Assembly: GCA_964453435.1 (NCBI GenBank)
Contig: CAYVQZ010000002.1
Coordinates: 20,555 to 84,554 of the forward strand
Origin: an uncultured bacterium
GTDB lineage: Bacteria > Abyssobacteria > SURF-5
DNA length: 64,000 nucleotides
Direction: 5' to 3'
This document shows positions 18,584 through 27,955 of this stretch, in pieces. A program made the translations under genes and the position numbers. The notes below the pieces were generated by a model, which made no database searches, was not told where the DNA came from, and was given only the letters and a program-made list of their open reading frames with translations. Positions within the stretch are counted from its first letter, which is position 1. The number at the start of each line of letters is the position of its first letter.

Positions 18584-20596
18584 TCAAGGGTAATTGTTTC
18601 GGCCTCGTTTTAACACTTGGAAGCAGCCGAAGGAGACCTCCGGCTCATAGTTATCGTCAACTATCCGGGCGATTTGCGGGTATTGCGCAGCGAACCCCTG
18701 GTAGGAGAGCGCATCGTGCGGAGACGCGGGCACTCGCGAAAGGACAACGAACTTGGGGTTGCTCGCGCGCAGTTCCTCCGCCGTCCGCTCCACCTCCTCT
18801 TGAGAGAAATATCCGGGCCACAAATAAACGAATTTCGTGGGAGCGAGCCGTTCAGTGAGAAGGTTTACGACCGCAAGCGACGGGAGTCCGGCGATGGTGT
18901 CGTCCGGCTCCGTGTGTTCCTTTAAATAGCGTATAAGCTGACCGAACATATCCGCGTATCCCGTATCGAAAATTATCCCTGCTCCATCTGCATCGAGACG
19001 CGTGACATCCCGTCTTTCCACCGACCAGCCCCACGCGACCCGCTCGGTCTTGAGGAGCAGCCGTGCCGGACCGAACGCTCTCCCAAGAAAGAAGAGAAGC
19101 AGCGCAAGGACAAAAATGGTCTCCAAGCCGCGGTTCTCGCGTGACAAGCCGGTCTTTCTTTTGAGCCACCCTGCCCCTCGATGGATAAGGAAGAAGCTCA
19201 ACACGATCCAGGGGGCGAAACCAAAACCAAAGTGGTTGAGGTCCTGATACGGAAATGTTTGCTGCAGCATGAGGGAGGCATACATAAGAACAGAGAGAGA
19301 ACGGAAAGCCTCTTCGGTGAGTCCGTTCTCACGAACATGGCTCACGAAGAAGACTGCGTACGCCGCGACGACCACCACGGGAAGATACATGTACAGCTCG
19401 GGGTTCCATTGAGCCGACAACAAGAAATTCAGAGTAGTATTCGTGCAGAACAGGTACAGCAGCGCCGCGGTCAAAAGAATACCTGCCATCTGAACGCTTC
19501 TGCGGTTTTTCTTCCGTCGAGTCCAGAGAAAGCAAGCAATCGTCGCGAAAACGACAATCGTTGCGGGGAAGATGAGAGCGGATGAAGGAAGCCGCGGGAA
19601 CGGAACGACCATTTCTCTGAGTCGCCATGTTTCACCGACCAAAAGCACTTTCTTCAGTAAGCCGAGAGTGCCGAGTTCAAAGGAAAGAGGGATAAACCAG
19701 GGAAGTATTGCGCCCAGAAACCCTGCAGCGAGAAAACATTCATAGAGCAAGAGAGTCGTCGCTGACGGATTTTCGATTGGCTTGTCTCGTGAAATCCGGA
19801 AGACCGGGCAGACCCACAGCATGAGTCCACATGCCACAAGCGCCGGTGTCGTAAGCAAAAGAAAATTGTGGACCGTCCTTTCTCTCACGTACAGCATGGG
19901 CAGGACTGCCCCGAATACCACAACGAGAACGAGAACGAGAAATTTCGACAGCAACCCTTCCGCCGGATTCTGCTTGTTCTCTCCAACTCGCCAGAACACG
20001 CCCATCAAGCCGAACGCCGCCACCGCGAACACGCCGATGCTCTGTTTGAACGAAAAAGCCATCCCGGCGGCGATGCCGGCAAGGACGACGGGGCCGATGG
20101 CGCCTCTTTCAATTGCTGCCATGACGGCATAGAGTCCGCCGAGACCGATGGGTACCGCGTACCACGAACTGTACGGAATGTTGAGAATTGGCGGACCGAA
20201 GAAGACGAAGGCGAACGCACACCACACCGACAACCAGCGCGGCATCATTTTTAAACTGATCGCAAAAAGACACAGGCTCGACAGGAACCCGACGGCGGCC
20301 AGTCCGTATTTAACAGCCATGATACGCGCGCCGAAGGTTTTGAAGAGCAATCCGTTGACATAATAAACGGCGGGTGGCCAGAACGGGTCGAAATCGACAT
20401 AAGGAGTCTTTCCGAGGGAAAGCAGATAGGACTTGTAGAGGATGAAGCCTTCATCGGCGTGGTGCCACGTAACGGGAAAGGAGAGTTCGAAGGGAGCCAG
20501 CAAAACATATGCGCATCCAATGAGCGCGAACGCGAGAACGAGCGCAATATGTTTCATGCCCATAGGATGCCAACCAGTATGCCTGTTTTTGACCAA
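18584..20596 (-). CDS. GT-C superfamily membrane glycosyltransferase (ArnT/PMT, GT39/83-like)
   Basis: 670 aa with about 12 TM helices, the first-loop acidic motif WHHADEGF, and a C-terminal soluble domain ending ...PKFVVLSRV...FGCFQVLKRG that is paralogous to the C-terminus of 27956-30022. Confidence 0.7.
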   Translation of the reverse strand: MVKNRHTGWHPMGMKHIALVLAFALIGCAYVLLAPFELSFPVTWHHADEGFILYKSYLLSLGKTPYVDFDPFWPPAVYYVNGLLFKTFGARIMAVKYGLAAVGFLSSLCLFAISLKMMPRWLSVWCAFAFVFFGPPILNIPYSSWYAVPIGLGGLYAVMAAIERGAIGPVVLAGIAAGMAFSFKQSIGVFAVAAFGLMGVFWRVGENKQNPAEGLLSKFLVLVLVVVFGAVLPMLYVRERTVHNFLLLTTPALVACGLMLWVCPVFRISRDKPIENPSATTLLLYECFLAAGFLGAILPWFIPLSFELGTLGLLKKVLLVGETWRLREMVVPFPRLPSSALIFPATIVVFATIACFLWTRRKKNRRSVQMAGILLTAALLYLFCTNTTLNFLLSAQWNPELYMYLPVVVVAAYAVFFVSHVRENGLTEEAFRSLSVLMYASLMLQQTFPYQDLNHFGFGFAPWIVLSFFLIHRGAGWLKRKTGLSRENRGLETIFVLALLLFFLGRAFGPARLLLKTERVAWGWSVERRDVTRLDADGAGIIFDTGYADMFGQLIRYLKEHTEPDDTIAGLPSLAVVNLLTERLAPTKFVYLWPGYFSQEEVERTAEELRASNPKFVVLSRVPASPHDALSYQGFAAQYPQIARIVDDNYEPEVSFGCFQVLKRGRNNYP

Positions 20597-20625
20597 CCGT
20601 GTTTGTCGGAGCCTTCAGGAGGAAA

Positions 20626-22458
20626 TCATTCAATGTAGCCAAGAGCCTTCAATTGATTCGAGAGCTCGTCGGTAAGTTCCCTTCGAATTGCGGGATGCCG
20701 ATTCATATTCTTTCGAAAATCTTCTGCCATCCCCCTGTGTTTCTCCAAAATGTCCGGCTCCTGGTTGCTCAGATTCAGGATTTCCCGTGGATCGGACGCA
20801 ATGTTATAGAGCATTTCCTTATTCCGTTCCGTGAGGTTTATATATTTATAATCTTGCGTACGGATTGTATACATGTGTCCCATGGGTTCCGCGAGCGCAT
20901 TTTCCGAAAAACTGATAATGGTCCGGTTTGTGTCAGCAGCCTCATCCAAGAGGTCTATGAACGGCCGCGCCCGCAAATGCGCGGGAACATGAACGCCGGC
21001 CCATGTCAAAATGCTGGGCATGAGGTCCGTCAGCGAAACGGGTGAGCGAACCCTTGCGCCGGCGGAGAGCGATGGGCCCGTTAGTATGAGCGGAACCCGC
21101 ACCAGTTCGTCATACAGGGAATTTCCATGGCACAAAAGCTCGTGCTCGTAGAATCCTTCGCCGTGGTCGGAGGTTAATATGACCAGCGTGTTCTTTCGGC
21201 AATTTCCATCATCAATGGCGCGGAATAGCTCATTCAGTTTCGAGTCGACTTTCTCAATCCTTTCAATATATGCGGTCCGCAGACTGTCCAGCATTGAGTC
21301 GTCCACGGGCTGTCGAAATACTTCGGTTCCCCCGAGGTCAACAAAATAGTCGTGCACCTCATACGTGTGAATGAAAAGGAAGAACTCGCGTCGCGGGTCG
21401 TGTCTCTCGATAAATCTCGTGCCGTTTTCAATGGGATCGCCGATTAGCGCGTCCTCGAGAGGAGCGCTTGTGAAGGGGTGCTTGAACATGTGAAAACCTC
21501 GGTCGAAACCATAATTCGGGCTTATATAGCCGCCCCCCGTAAATGCAACGGTGTAATAGCCGTCGCCACGGAGTAGTTCAGCCATTGTGGGCACTTCGGA
21601 ACCTAAGGCCAGGACGGTCATATTATGGGTCGGATTCACGCCGTGTTCCGAGGGGGTCAGTCCGGTGAGCATGCTCATATGTGACGGGACTGTCCAGGGA
21701 GATGTCGAATATGCGCGCTCGAACAGCAGGCCGCCTCTCGCCATGTAATCGATTGACGACGAAACACCCAGCGATGCTCCATAGCAATCCAGGAAATCAG
21801 GTCGAAGAGTGTCGATAGATATGAGCACTATATTTCTGTTCGTTGCCTTCTTGACCGCGGACAGGGCGACCGGGTAACCAGTACTGATTCCTGTTCCGGT
21901 GAGAGCTATGGCAAGAAGGACAAGCACGCGGTGTAGGAATTTTGGGTTGAGCGCGCGGCGCATCGACGTAAGGGACGCATGGCGTATTTCGGGACGAAAC
22001 GTCATGAACAGCAGAAAGACGAACAGTGCGGGGGGAATGTTCATGAGTAAAGCGGAGAGGTATGCGTGAAACGCTTCGTTTATGACAACATGCCGTTCGA
22101 GCGCCGGTTGAGTCCACCAGATGAGGGCGGGCAGACACAGCGCGTGCAGCCGTCTCAACCGGGCGTCGTCCTCATGAACTTGTAACAAGTCAATTAGAAC
22201 GTGTCGGAGAAACCATATGAGGCTGGTGAAGAAGCAGGCGACTGCCATCCAGAGCAGCGCCATCCAAATCGCTTTTTCACCGCTGCTCATATACGATTGC
22301 TGAAAATGAGACCGCAACAAAACAGCCGGCGCAGTCGCAGACGCGAGTATCGCCATGGCGGCTCGACCGTTCACTCGCCATTTTTTCGAGTCAGTCGGTG
22401 GCAAAGTCTTTTCTCCTCCTAAGCGACCCTGCTCCTGTTCACAGACTCTGTGCCCCAC
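20626..22458 (-). CDS. membrane-anchored alkaline-phosphatase-superfamily 'sulfatase-like' hydrolase/transferase (Thr at formylglycine position)
   Basis: 610 aa with N-terminal TM helices and a sulfatase-fold domain (VLISIDTLRPDFLDCYG...YSTSPWTVPSHMSMLTG...TSDHGE). The FGly motif C/S-x-P-x-R is replaced by T-V-P-S-H. The C-terminus ...LKALGYIE is shared with the paralog at 32117-34336. Confidence 0.7.
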   Translation of the reverse strand: MGHRVCEQEQGRLGGEKTLPPTDSKKWRVNGRAAMAILASATAPAVLLRSHFQQSYMSSGEKAIWMALLWMAVACFFTSLIWFLRHVLIDLLQVHEDDARLRRLHALCLPALIWWTQPALERHVVINEAFHAYLSALLMNIPPALFVFLLFMTFRPEIRHASLTSMRRALNPKFLHRVLVLLAIALTGTGISTGYPVALSAVKKATNRNIVLISIDTLRPDFLDCYGASLGVSSSIDYMARGGLLFERAYSTSPWTVPSHMSMLTGLTPSEHGVNPTHNMTVLALGSEVPTMAELLRGDGYYTVAFTGGGYISPNYGFDRGFHMFKHPFTSAPLEDALIGDPIENGTRFIERHDPRREFFLFIHTYEVHDYFVDLGGTEVFRQPVDDSMLDSLRTAYIERIEKVDSKLNELFRAIDDGNCRKNTLVILTSDHGEGFYEHELLCHGNSLYDELVRVPLILTGPSLSAGARVRSPVSLTDLMPSILTWAGVHVPAHLRARPFIDLLDEAADTNRTIISFSENALAEPMGHMYTIRTQDYKYINLTERNKEMLYNIASDPREILNLSNQEPDILEKHRGMAEDFRKNMNRHPAIRRELTDELSNQLKALGYIE

Positions 22459-22499
22459 GGGTGCACATTTAACCGAAAGATGGGCATAGGAAAACCCGC

Positions 22500-22693
22500 C
22501 CCGGATTTACGGACCAAGCTTGTCGAGGTCGTACAATCGGGACTGAGTCCGTCCGATAATTCAATACGTGGTCGTTTGGCCAGGGGACAGTCCCCTTCGG
22601 GACAGTTTCACTGTCCCCTGAACAGAGAACCTCCATACGAAATTATCGGACAGTCTCCTTGTCCCCGAAGCGCGGATTGCCCAATCGCGGGTC
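22500..22693. repeat. dispersed intergenic repeat, family 1, copy B (contains GGGACAGTttcACTGTCCC hairpin and GTCCCCGAAGCGCGGATTGCC)
   Basis: Shares GATTTACGG...AATCGGGACTG with copy A and AATTATCGGA plus the CCCCGAAGCG core with copy C. It sits in the 270-bp gap between the SGNH-like and sulfatase-like genes of the same operon. Confidence 0.55.
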
Positions 22694-22728
22694 AGATACG
22701 TTTCCGTGATCCCTCTCTGCAAACCGAT

Positions 22729-23892
22729 TCAATTTCCACTCGGCGCTTCTTGCTGTCCTGATTTGTTTTTGAGCAGCGCCGCCACCACGGGAGCGAGCTT
22801 CTCGACAACCTTTCTGCCACCTTCCGGCGTGTAATGCTCAAGCCTGTCCCGAAACTCTTCCGGCTCGAGAAGGTCAAGCAGGTCGAGGAATACGCCGCCA
22901 TTCGAGGATACGATTTCTCGCATGCGCCTGATATTGTTTTTATAGAGTTTATCATCATACAGGCCGTGTTTCTTCAGTTCTTCGATGTTAATCGGTGTGA
23001 CGTATGCCACGAACGGTATCCCGGACCTTTTGAGGCTATCCGCCAATGCTTTGAGTGTGAGCATTTCCGTGTGGTCGGTGGGAATCTCGGCAGGGCATAG
23101 GCCCGACAGAATTTCAGGAGTGAGTTCCAGCTGGCGAAGCATTACGACGACCTGGTGTCCTTTTGTCCGCCTGACCGCGCCTTGCCGCGCCCATCTGACT
23201 TCGATAGAATCATTTCTGCGAAGCAATTGGATGAAAACATCCCTGACCCGGATTTTGACTCCCCGCACATAATACGTTTCCCAGAACTCGGCTTTCAACT
23301 TCAAGCGGTCGCCAAGGCTGAAATTTTCGATCTTGGCCGGACTGTCAATCCCCTCGCTCAGGCTTTCCTTGAACGGCGCAAAAAAGATAAGCTCGCGTCC
23401 CTGGATTGCGCCGTTCTCATCGCGCATGTCTTTCTGTCCTTGCCATCCAAAACGGCGGTAGTTGATGTTGAAGATTACGAGAGCAGGCGAGTATTCCCTC
23501 GCTTTGCAGGTAAGGCAATAGTAGTGAAACAGGGAGGCCCTGCCGAAGGCCCAGTCGATTATCTTTACGGAGGTCTCGCCGTATTCGTCCGCCAGTTTCT
23601 CTTGCAGAACCATGGGTGGGGCCACATCATTACCCAATAAAGCCACTGTTGAATCACCAAAATAGAATATGCGCTTCTCGCTATCCGGCACAAGACGAGG
23701 CAACTGATGGATAGACAATAATACTTCGTTATACGGTTTGCCCAGCCCGAGGTATAGCAACGCCGTTCTCATTCCAATGCTGCACAGAAGAATCAGGTAT
23801 ATCGTGGCAATTGAAAGCAGGTAGAAGAAAAGAGTGCGCCCGGGGTTGAAGCCGACTCTTTGCATCGGGTTCGGGTTGTTCTTTGCCAACAT
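22729..23892 (-). CDS. membrane-anchored SGNH/GDSL-like hydrolase-fold protein (probable MBOAT partner, AlgJ/AlgX/PatB-like)
   Basis: 387 aa with an N-terminal TM helix, a block-I IFYFGDSTV (GDS), and a conserved FHYYC segment. It is paralogous to 30048-31133 (VIFFGDSSL...FHYYC...EHYSLEGRK) and lies 8 bp downstream of the MBOAT gene. Confidence 0.6.
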   Translation of the reverse strand: MLAKNNPNPMQRVGFNPGRTLFFYLLSIATIYLILLCSIGMRTALLYLGLGKPYNEVLLSIHQLPRLVPDSEKRIFYFGDSTVALLGNDVAPPMVLQEKLADEYGETSVKIIDWAFGRASLFHYYCLTCKAREYSPALVIFNINYRRFGWQGQKDMRDENGAIQGRELIFFAPFKESLSEGIDSPAKIENFSLGDRLKLKAEFWETYYVRGVKIRVRDVFIQLLRRNDSIEVRWARQGAVRRTKGHQVVVMLRQLELTPEILSGLCPAEIPTDHTEMLTLKALADSLKRSGIPFVAYVTPINIEELKKHGLYDDKLYKNNIRRMREIVSSNGGVFLDLLDLLEPEEFRDRLEHYTPEGGRKVVEKLAPVVAALLKNKSGQQEAPSGN

Positions 23893-23900
23893 GGCGAAAC

Positions 23901-25316
23901 CTAAAACTGGAAATAGATGAAACGCTGTTCGGTTGTGAAGAATACATAGATCGCGATAGTCACAACCGCGTAGGCAAAACCCTTGACCGGCGAGGGCAAG
24001 CTCAGGAACCGCTCTTCCACCTTAACTTTTCCCCGAATGAAATGGCTCGCCGCCGCGATGGCCAGCATAATCATCGTAGGCATAAGGGTTACCGTTGCCG
24101 CCCGTTCGAAACCAAACAGGTTCCGAATTATGGTCTCAAAATCCCCGAGCGACTGCGCCCTGAAGATGCTCCAGCCCAAGCAGACGAGATGAAAGGTGAA
24201 CACAATTTTGATAGCCGGCCACATTCTCCACGCGCGAGCCTTCTGAAGAAGAGGAATCTCGAATAATTCCAGGTGGCGTTCCACCAGCAACAGGACGCCG
24301 TGATAAAGTCCCCACAGCACGAAATTCCAGCTCGCGCCGTGCCAGAGCCCGCCTAACAGCATGGTAATCATAACATTTATATACGTCCGTGCGCGCGTGC
24401 CACGATTTCCGCCAAGGGGGATGTACAGATAGTCGCGCAACCACGTGGAGAGCGAGATATGCCAGCGTCTCCAGAATTCGCGGAAGGTTTTCGCCAAATA
24501 GGGAAGATTGAAGTTCTCCGGAATTTCAATGTTCATCACATTCGCCAGTCCGATTGCGATGTCCGAGTACCCGGAAAAATCGAAATATATTTGGAACGCA
24601 TACGCATAGATGGCGACAAGGGTCGCGACAGAACCATACTCGCTCGGACTCCCGAAGACGAGGTCGACATGCCGTCCGAGAAAATCGGCAAACACGACTT
24701 TCTTGACGTATCCCTGGGCGATGAGGAACATTCCACGCTCCATCAATTCGGGGCGTTGGCATCTCTTCATGCTCAATTGCGGAAGCAGATGCCGCGCCCT
24801 GACAATCGGGCCGGCGACAAGCTGAGGAAAAAAAGCGACAAAAAGGCTGAAATTGATGAAGTTCTTGGTTGGCTTGAACTTCTTATAATAAATATCTATC
24901 GTGTAGCTCATGGTCTGGAACGTGTAGAACGAGATGCCCACGGGCAAGACGACATCGAGTTTCCAAGTGGCGGCGCTTATCCCATAAGCAGCCATGAGGG
25001 TTTCGACATTATCAACGAAAAAATTATAGTATTTAAAAAAGCCGAGCAGGCCAAGATTCACGGCGACGCTCAGGAAAAGATAGAATTTCCGCGCTCGCGG
25101 ATTCTCCTCGCTCTCGAGGCGAAGCCCGCAATAATAGTCGACGACGGTGGAGGTGAATATCAAGGATAGAAATTTATAGTTCCACGAGCCATAGAAAAAG
25201 TAGCTGGCGGCGAGAAGCATGAAATTCTGATAGCGAAGTGGCGACTTGGCAAGCAGGAGATATAAGAGGTAGACCCCGAGAAAGAAGATAATAAATTCCA
25301 TCGAATTAAACAGCAC
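23901..25316 (-). CDS. MBOAT family membrane-bound O-acyltransferase (AlgI/DltB/PatA-like)
   Basis: 471 aa with FWRRWHISLSTWLRDYLYIPLGGNR containing the conserved catalytic His. The multi-TM sequence resembles AlgI/DltB throughout. Confidence 0.85.
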   Translation of the reverse strand: MLFNSMEFIIFFLGVYLLYLLLAKSPLRYQNFMLLAASYFFYGSWNYKFLSLIFTSTVVDYYCGLRLESEENPRARKFYLFLSVAVNLGLLGFFKYYNFFVDNVETLMAAYGISAATWKLDVVLPVGISFYTFQTMSYTIDIYYKKFKPTKNFINFSLFVAFFPQLVAGPIVRARHLLPQLSMKRCQRPELMERGMFLIAQGYVKKVVFADFLGRHVDLVFGSPSEYGSVATLVAIYAYAFQIYFDFSGYSDIAIGLANVMNIEIPENFNLPYLAKTFREFWRRWHISLSTWLRDYLYIPLGGNRGTRARTYINVMITMLLGGLWHGASWNFVLWGLYHGVLLLVERHLELFEIPLLQKARAWRMWPAIKIVFTFHLVCLGWSIFRAQSLGDFETIIRNLFGFERAATVTLMPTMIMLAIAAASHFIRGKVKVEERFLSLPSPVKGFAYAVVTIAIYVFFTTEQRFIYFQF

Positions 25317-25485
25317 TTTTATTCCTTCCGGATTGGGGGTTCAATGACACAGGTGAATAATAGGCGGGAAAATGGTAGCGCTTCGGTGCAGCATATTCTA
25401 TGACACGACGTCGAGAATAAAGTTTTCCGCTTCTATCTTCTTCAGCTCCAAAACTCTCATGGCTTGTCGCTCCCATGGTTTGTTG

Positions 25486-27858
25486 TCAAGAGCCCCTTTC
25501 CGCAAGGAAGTCGATGTCCATTATCTGAACGTCCGGACCATTACGGAAGAGCGGAAATTCGATCAAGGGCAAATCGTCACTCATAATGGGCGCGCCTTCG
25601 GCATATTCTCTCGCGTCATCTTCTTCGAGCAGAAGCAGTGACAATACCCGCGGACCATCTATTAAGGTACTCGAATACAGGGACAGGTCTTTCTTCACGG
25701 CCTCCCTTTGAAAATACTCATTGAAGGAAGCATCGTCTATTTCCAATGTCTCTTGCGTGCCGATGAGATAGGCGCCTATCCTGTTGGGTGAGTTCCATAC
25801 CGTGGTGTGCGGAAATACGTCCATAAATGTTGCGACCTGCATCTTAAATTGGTCTTCAGTGAAACAATCGAGCAAAGTTGGGAGCCATTGACAAACGATT
25901 CCCCCGGGATTCAGACGCTCTTTGCAGAGAGCATAGAATTCCCTGGTATACAGATTTACCGTTCCCGCGCTCCACGGCGGGGGTGGCGGGTCTACTGTGA
26001 TTACGTTATAGGTCTTATCCGAGAGCAGAAGATAATTTCTGCCATCGGCGATTATGGTCCTCACTCCCGGTTCATTCAGCATCTCGGGGTCCTTCTGAAA
26101 ATACGCAAACGCTTCAACCACAAACGGGCACAATTCCACCAGGTCAACCTCCAAACCTGCTCTTCTTGCCGACACGAATGTCGAACCCATCCCGAAACAG
26201 ATATTTAGGAGTGTTCTAGGTTCATCTAGCAAAGCTATGGGAAGATGCGCCATCAACTGCGTCTCGCTGCAAAGGACGGTCATGGACACGCCATTCACAG
26301 ATAGTATTTTCATTCCATTGGCGTTTTCCACAACGGCCACCGCCGCCGTGGGGTCTTCCTTGAAGGCAAGCACTCTTCCCGACTCGTTCTTCAGGCACCT
26401 GAGCGAAAGCTCTCTCATCATGTCGTTGCCAAATGCGAAACCGGCAATGGGTAGAATCAAAAAAGAAGCCGCGGCCCAGTTCCACACGGGAGCCCCTTCT
26501 CGCCTTATAGATAAAATGAGAAGCGACAATCCGACACAGAAGCTTAAAAGCACAAGAAGGAGAACGCTGTTTTTTGAGCCGAGCAACGGGATAAGCACGA
26601 ATCCTGCGACGAAAGACCCGACGATTGCTCCCAGCGTATTGACGGCATAGAGCGATCCGGTTTCTGTTCCAATCGTGTTCAGACTTTGGGTATACACCCG
26701 GACCGCGACCGGGAACGTAGCCCCCATTAACAATGTCGGGGCCAGGACCACTGCAAACGTGCTCAGGAAGTTCGTATGCAAATAATTTCCGGGTGACAAT
26801 TGCAGCGAATATTCCTGAAAGGGCATTTTTTGAAACAAAAGCAGACCTGCAAGCGCGCTCAAACCGATGGCTAGTTCGAGCCATCCGAATACTTCGAGTG
26901 GTCTCTTCAATTCGTCGGAGATTCTGGCGAAGAGCAGACTCCCTGCCGTTAATCCCAGAAGATATACCACCAGGATCATCGAGAACGAGTAGATTGAACT
27001 GCCGAGGAGAAACACCAAAATGCGCGTCCACATAACCTCATATGCGAGCGCCAGCATACCGGATAGTCCGAAGGCCACCAGCACGAACCTCAGGTTGCCA
27101 CGGGTATAGCGGGCTATGTCTGTCGGACTTTTCAACGCGTGTGATTCCTGTCCGACCTCCGGGAGATGACCATGACTGCGATGCAGCCAGAAGGCAACCA
27201 GCCCAACCAGCACATTTATCGACGCTGCCAGATGCTCCGAACGACTGATTCCTATCCAACCGAGAAGCACAAAGCCGGCAAGGAAACATCCGGCAACAGC
27301 GCCGAACGTGTTAACCGCGTAAAGCGAACCTATCCCAAATCCCGTTTTCCGGAAATGAAAAACGATAAATTTCGACAGCACCGGCAGCGTTGCGCCCATC
27401 AGTGTTGTGGGCACCAGCAGCACGGCCGTGCTGAAGAAGAATCGCACAAGGCTCAATGCGTAATTCGACGCTTCGGTAGCGTTGTAAAGGAAGCGGTATA
27501 CTGGAGTAAGCGTAGAGAGCACAAGAGGGATAAGAACGGCTGAAACGCCTATGCCGATCTCGAGCCAGCCGTACATTCGGATCGGGTCGTCTCGTTTGTC
27601 TGCGAACCGGCCGAACAACATGCTGCCCAAGGCCAGACCGCCCATGAATGCGACCAGGACCGTGCTGACAGAATATACCGTATTTCCGAAAATGAGGGTG
27701 AGCCTGCGAGTCCAGGCTATTTCGTAGATAAGAGCGCACATGCCCGAGAGAAAGAAAAGGGGGAAAAACACGCCTGTGCCAGGGCTGAGGCCGTATCCTG
27801 GGGGGAGTGGCGTCGGTGTTCGGGCGAGATCGGGCTGCGTCAATGGATTGCTTTTCAT
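25486..27858 (-). CDS. fused MFS-like membrane domain / spermidine-synthase-like aminopropyltransferase
   Basis: 790 aa. Two internal membrane repeats (ALIYEIAWTRRLTLIFGNTVYS...; ALAYEVMWTRILVFLLGSSIYS...) are followed by a C-terminal SpeE-like Rossmann domain (LNICFGMGST...DVFPHT). Confidence 0.75.
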   Translation of the reverse strand: MKSNPLTQPDLARTPTPLPPGYGLSPGTGVFFPLFFLSGMCALIYEIAWTRRLTLIFGNTVYSVSTVLVAFMGGLALGSMLFGRFADKRDDPIRMYGWLEIGIGVSAVLIPLVLSTLTPVYRFLYNATEASNYALSLVRFFFSTAVLLVPTTLMGATLPVLSKFIVFHFRKTGFGIGSLYAVNTFGAVAGCFLAGFVLLGWIGISRSEHLAASINVLVGLVAFWLHRSHGHLPEVGQESHALKSPTDIARYTRGNLRFVLVAFGLSGMLALAYEVMWTRILVFLLGSSIYSFSMILVVYLLGLTAGSLLFARISDELKRPLEVFGWLELAIGLSALAGLLLFQKMPFQEYSLQLSPGNYLHTNFLSTFAVVLAPTLLMGATFPVAVRVYTQSLNTIGTETGSLYAVNTLGAIVGSFVAGFVLIPLLGSKNSVLLLVLLSFCVGLSLLILSIRREGAPVWNWAAASFLILPIAGFAFGNDMMRELSLRCLKNESGRVLAFKEDPTAAVAVVENANGMKILSVNGVSMTVLCSETQLMAHLPIALLDEPRTLLNICFGMGSTFVSARRAGLEVDLVELCPFVVEAFAYFQKDPEMLNEPGVRTIIADGRNYLLLSDKTYNVITVDPPPPPWSAGTVNLYTREFYALCKERLNPGGIVCQWLPTLLDCFTEDQFKMQVATFMDVFPHTTVWNSPNRIGAYLIGTQETLEIDDASFNEYFQREAVKKDLSLYSSTLIDGPRVLSLLLLEEDDAREYAEGAPIMSDDLPLIEFPLFRNGPDVQIMDIDFLAERGS

Positions 27859-27955
27859 TTCTTCAGGTAGTTACAAACGAAGTTTTGAACACATCAGCCT
27901 TATGGAAAAGTTAGCTGATTCAAGACGAAATTATATTCGAGACGATTGAACAAAG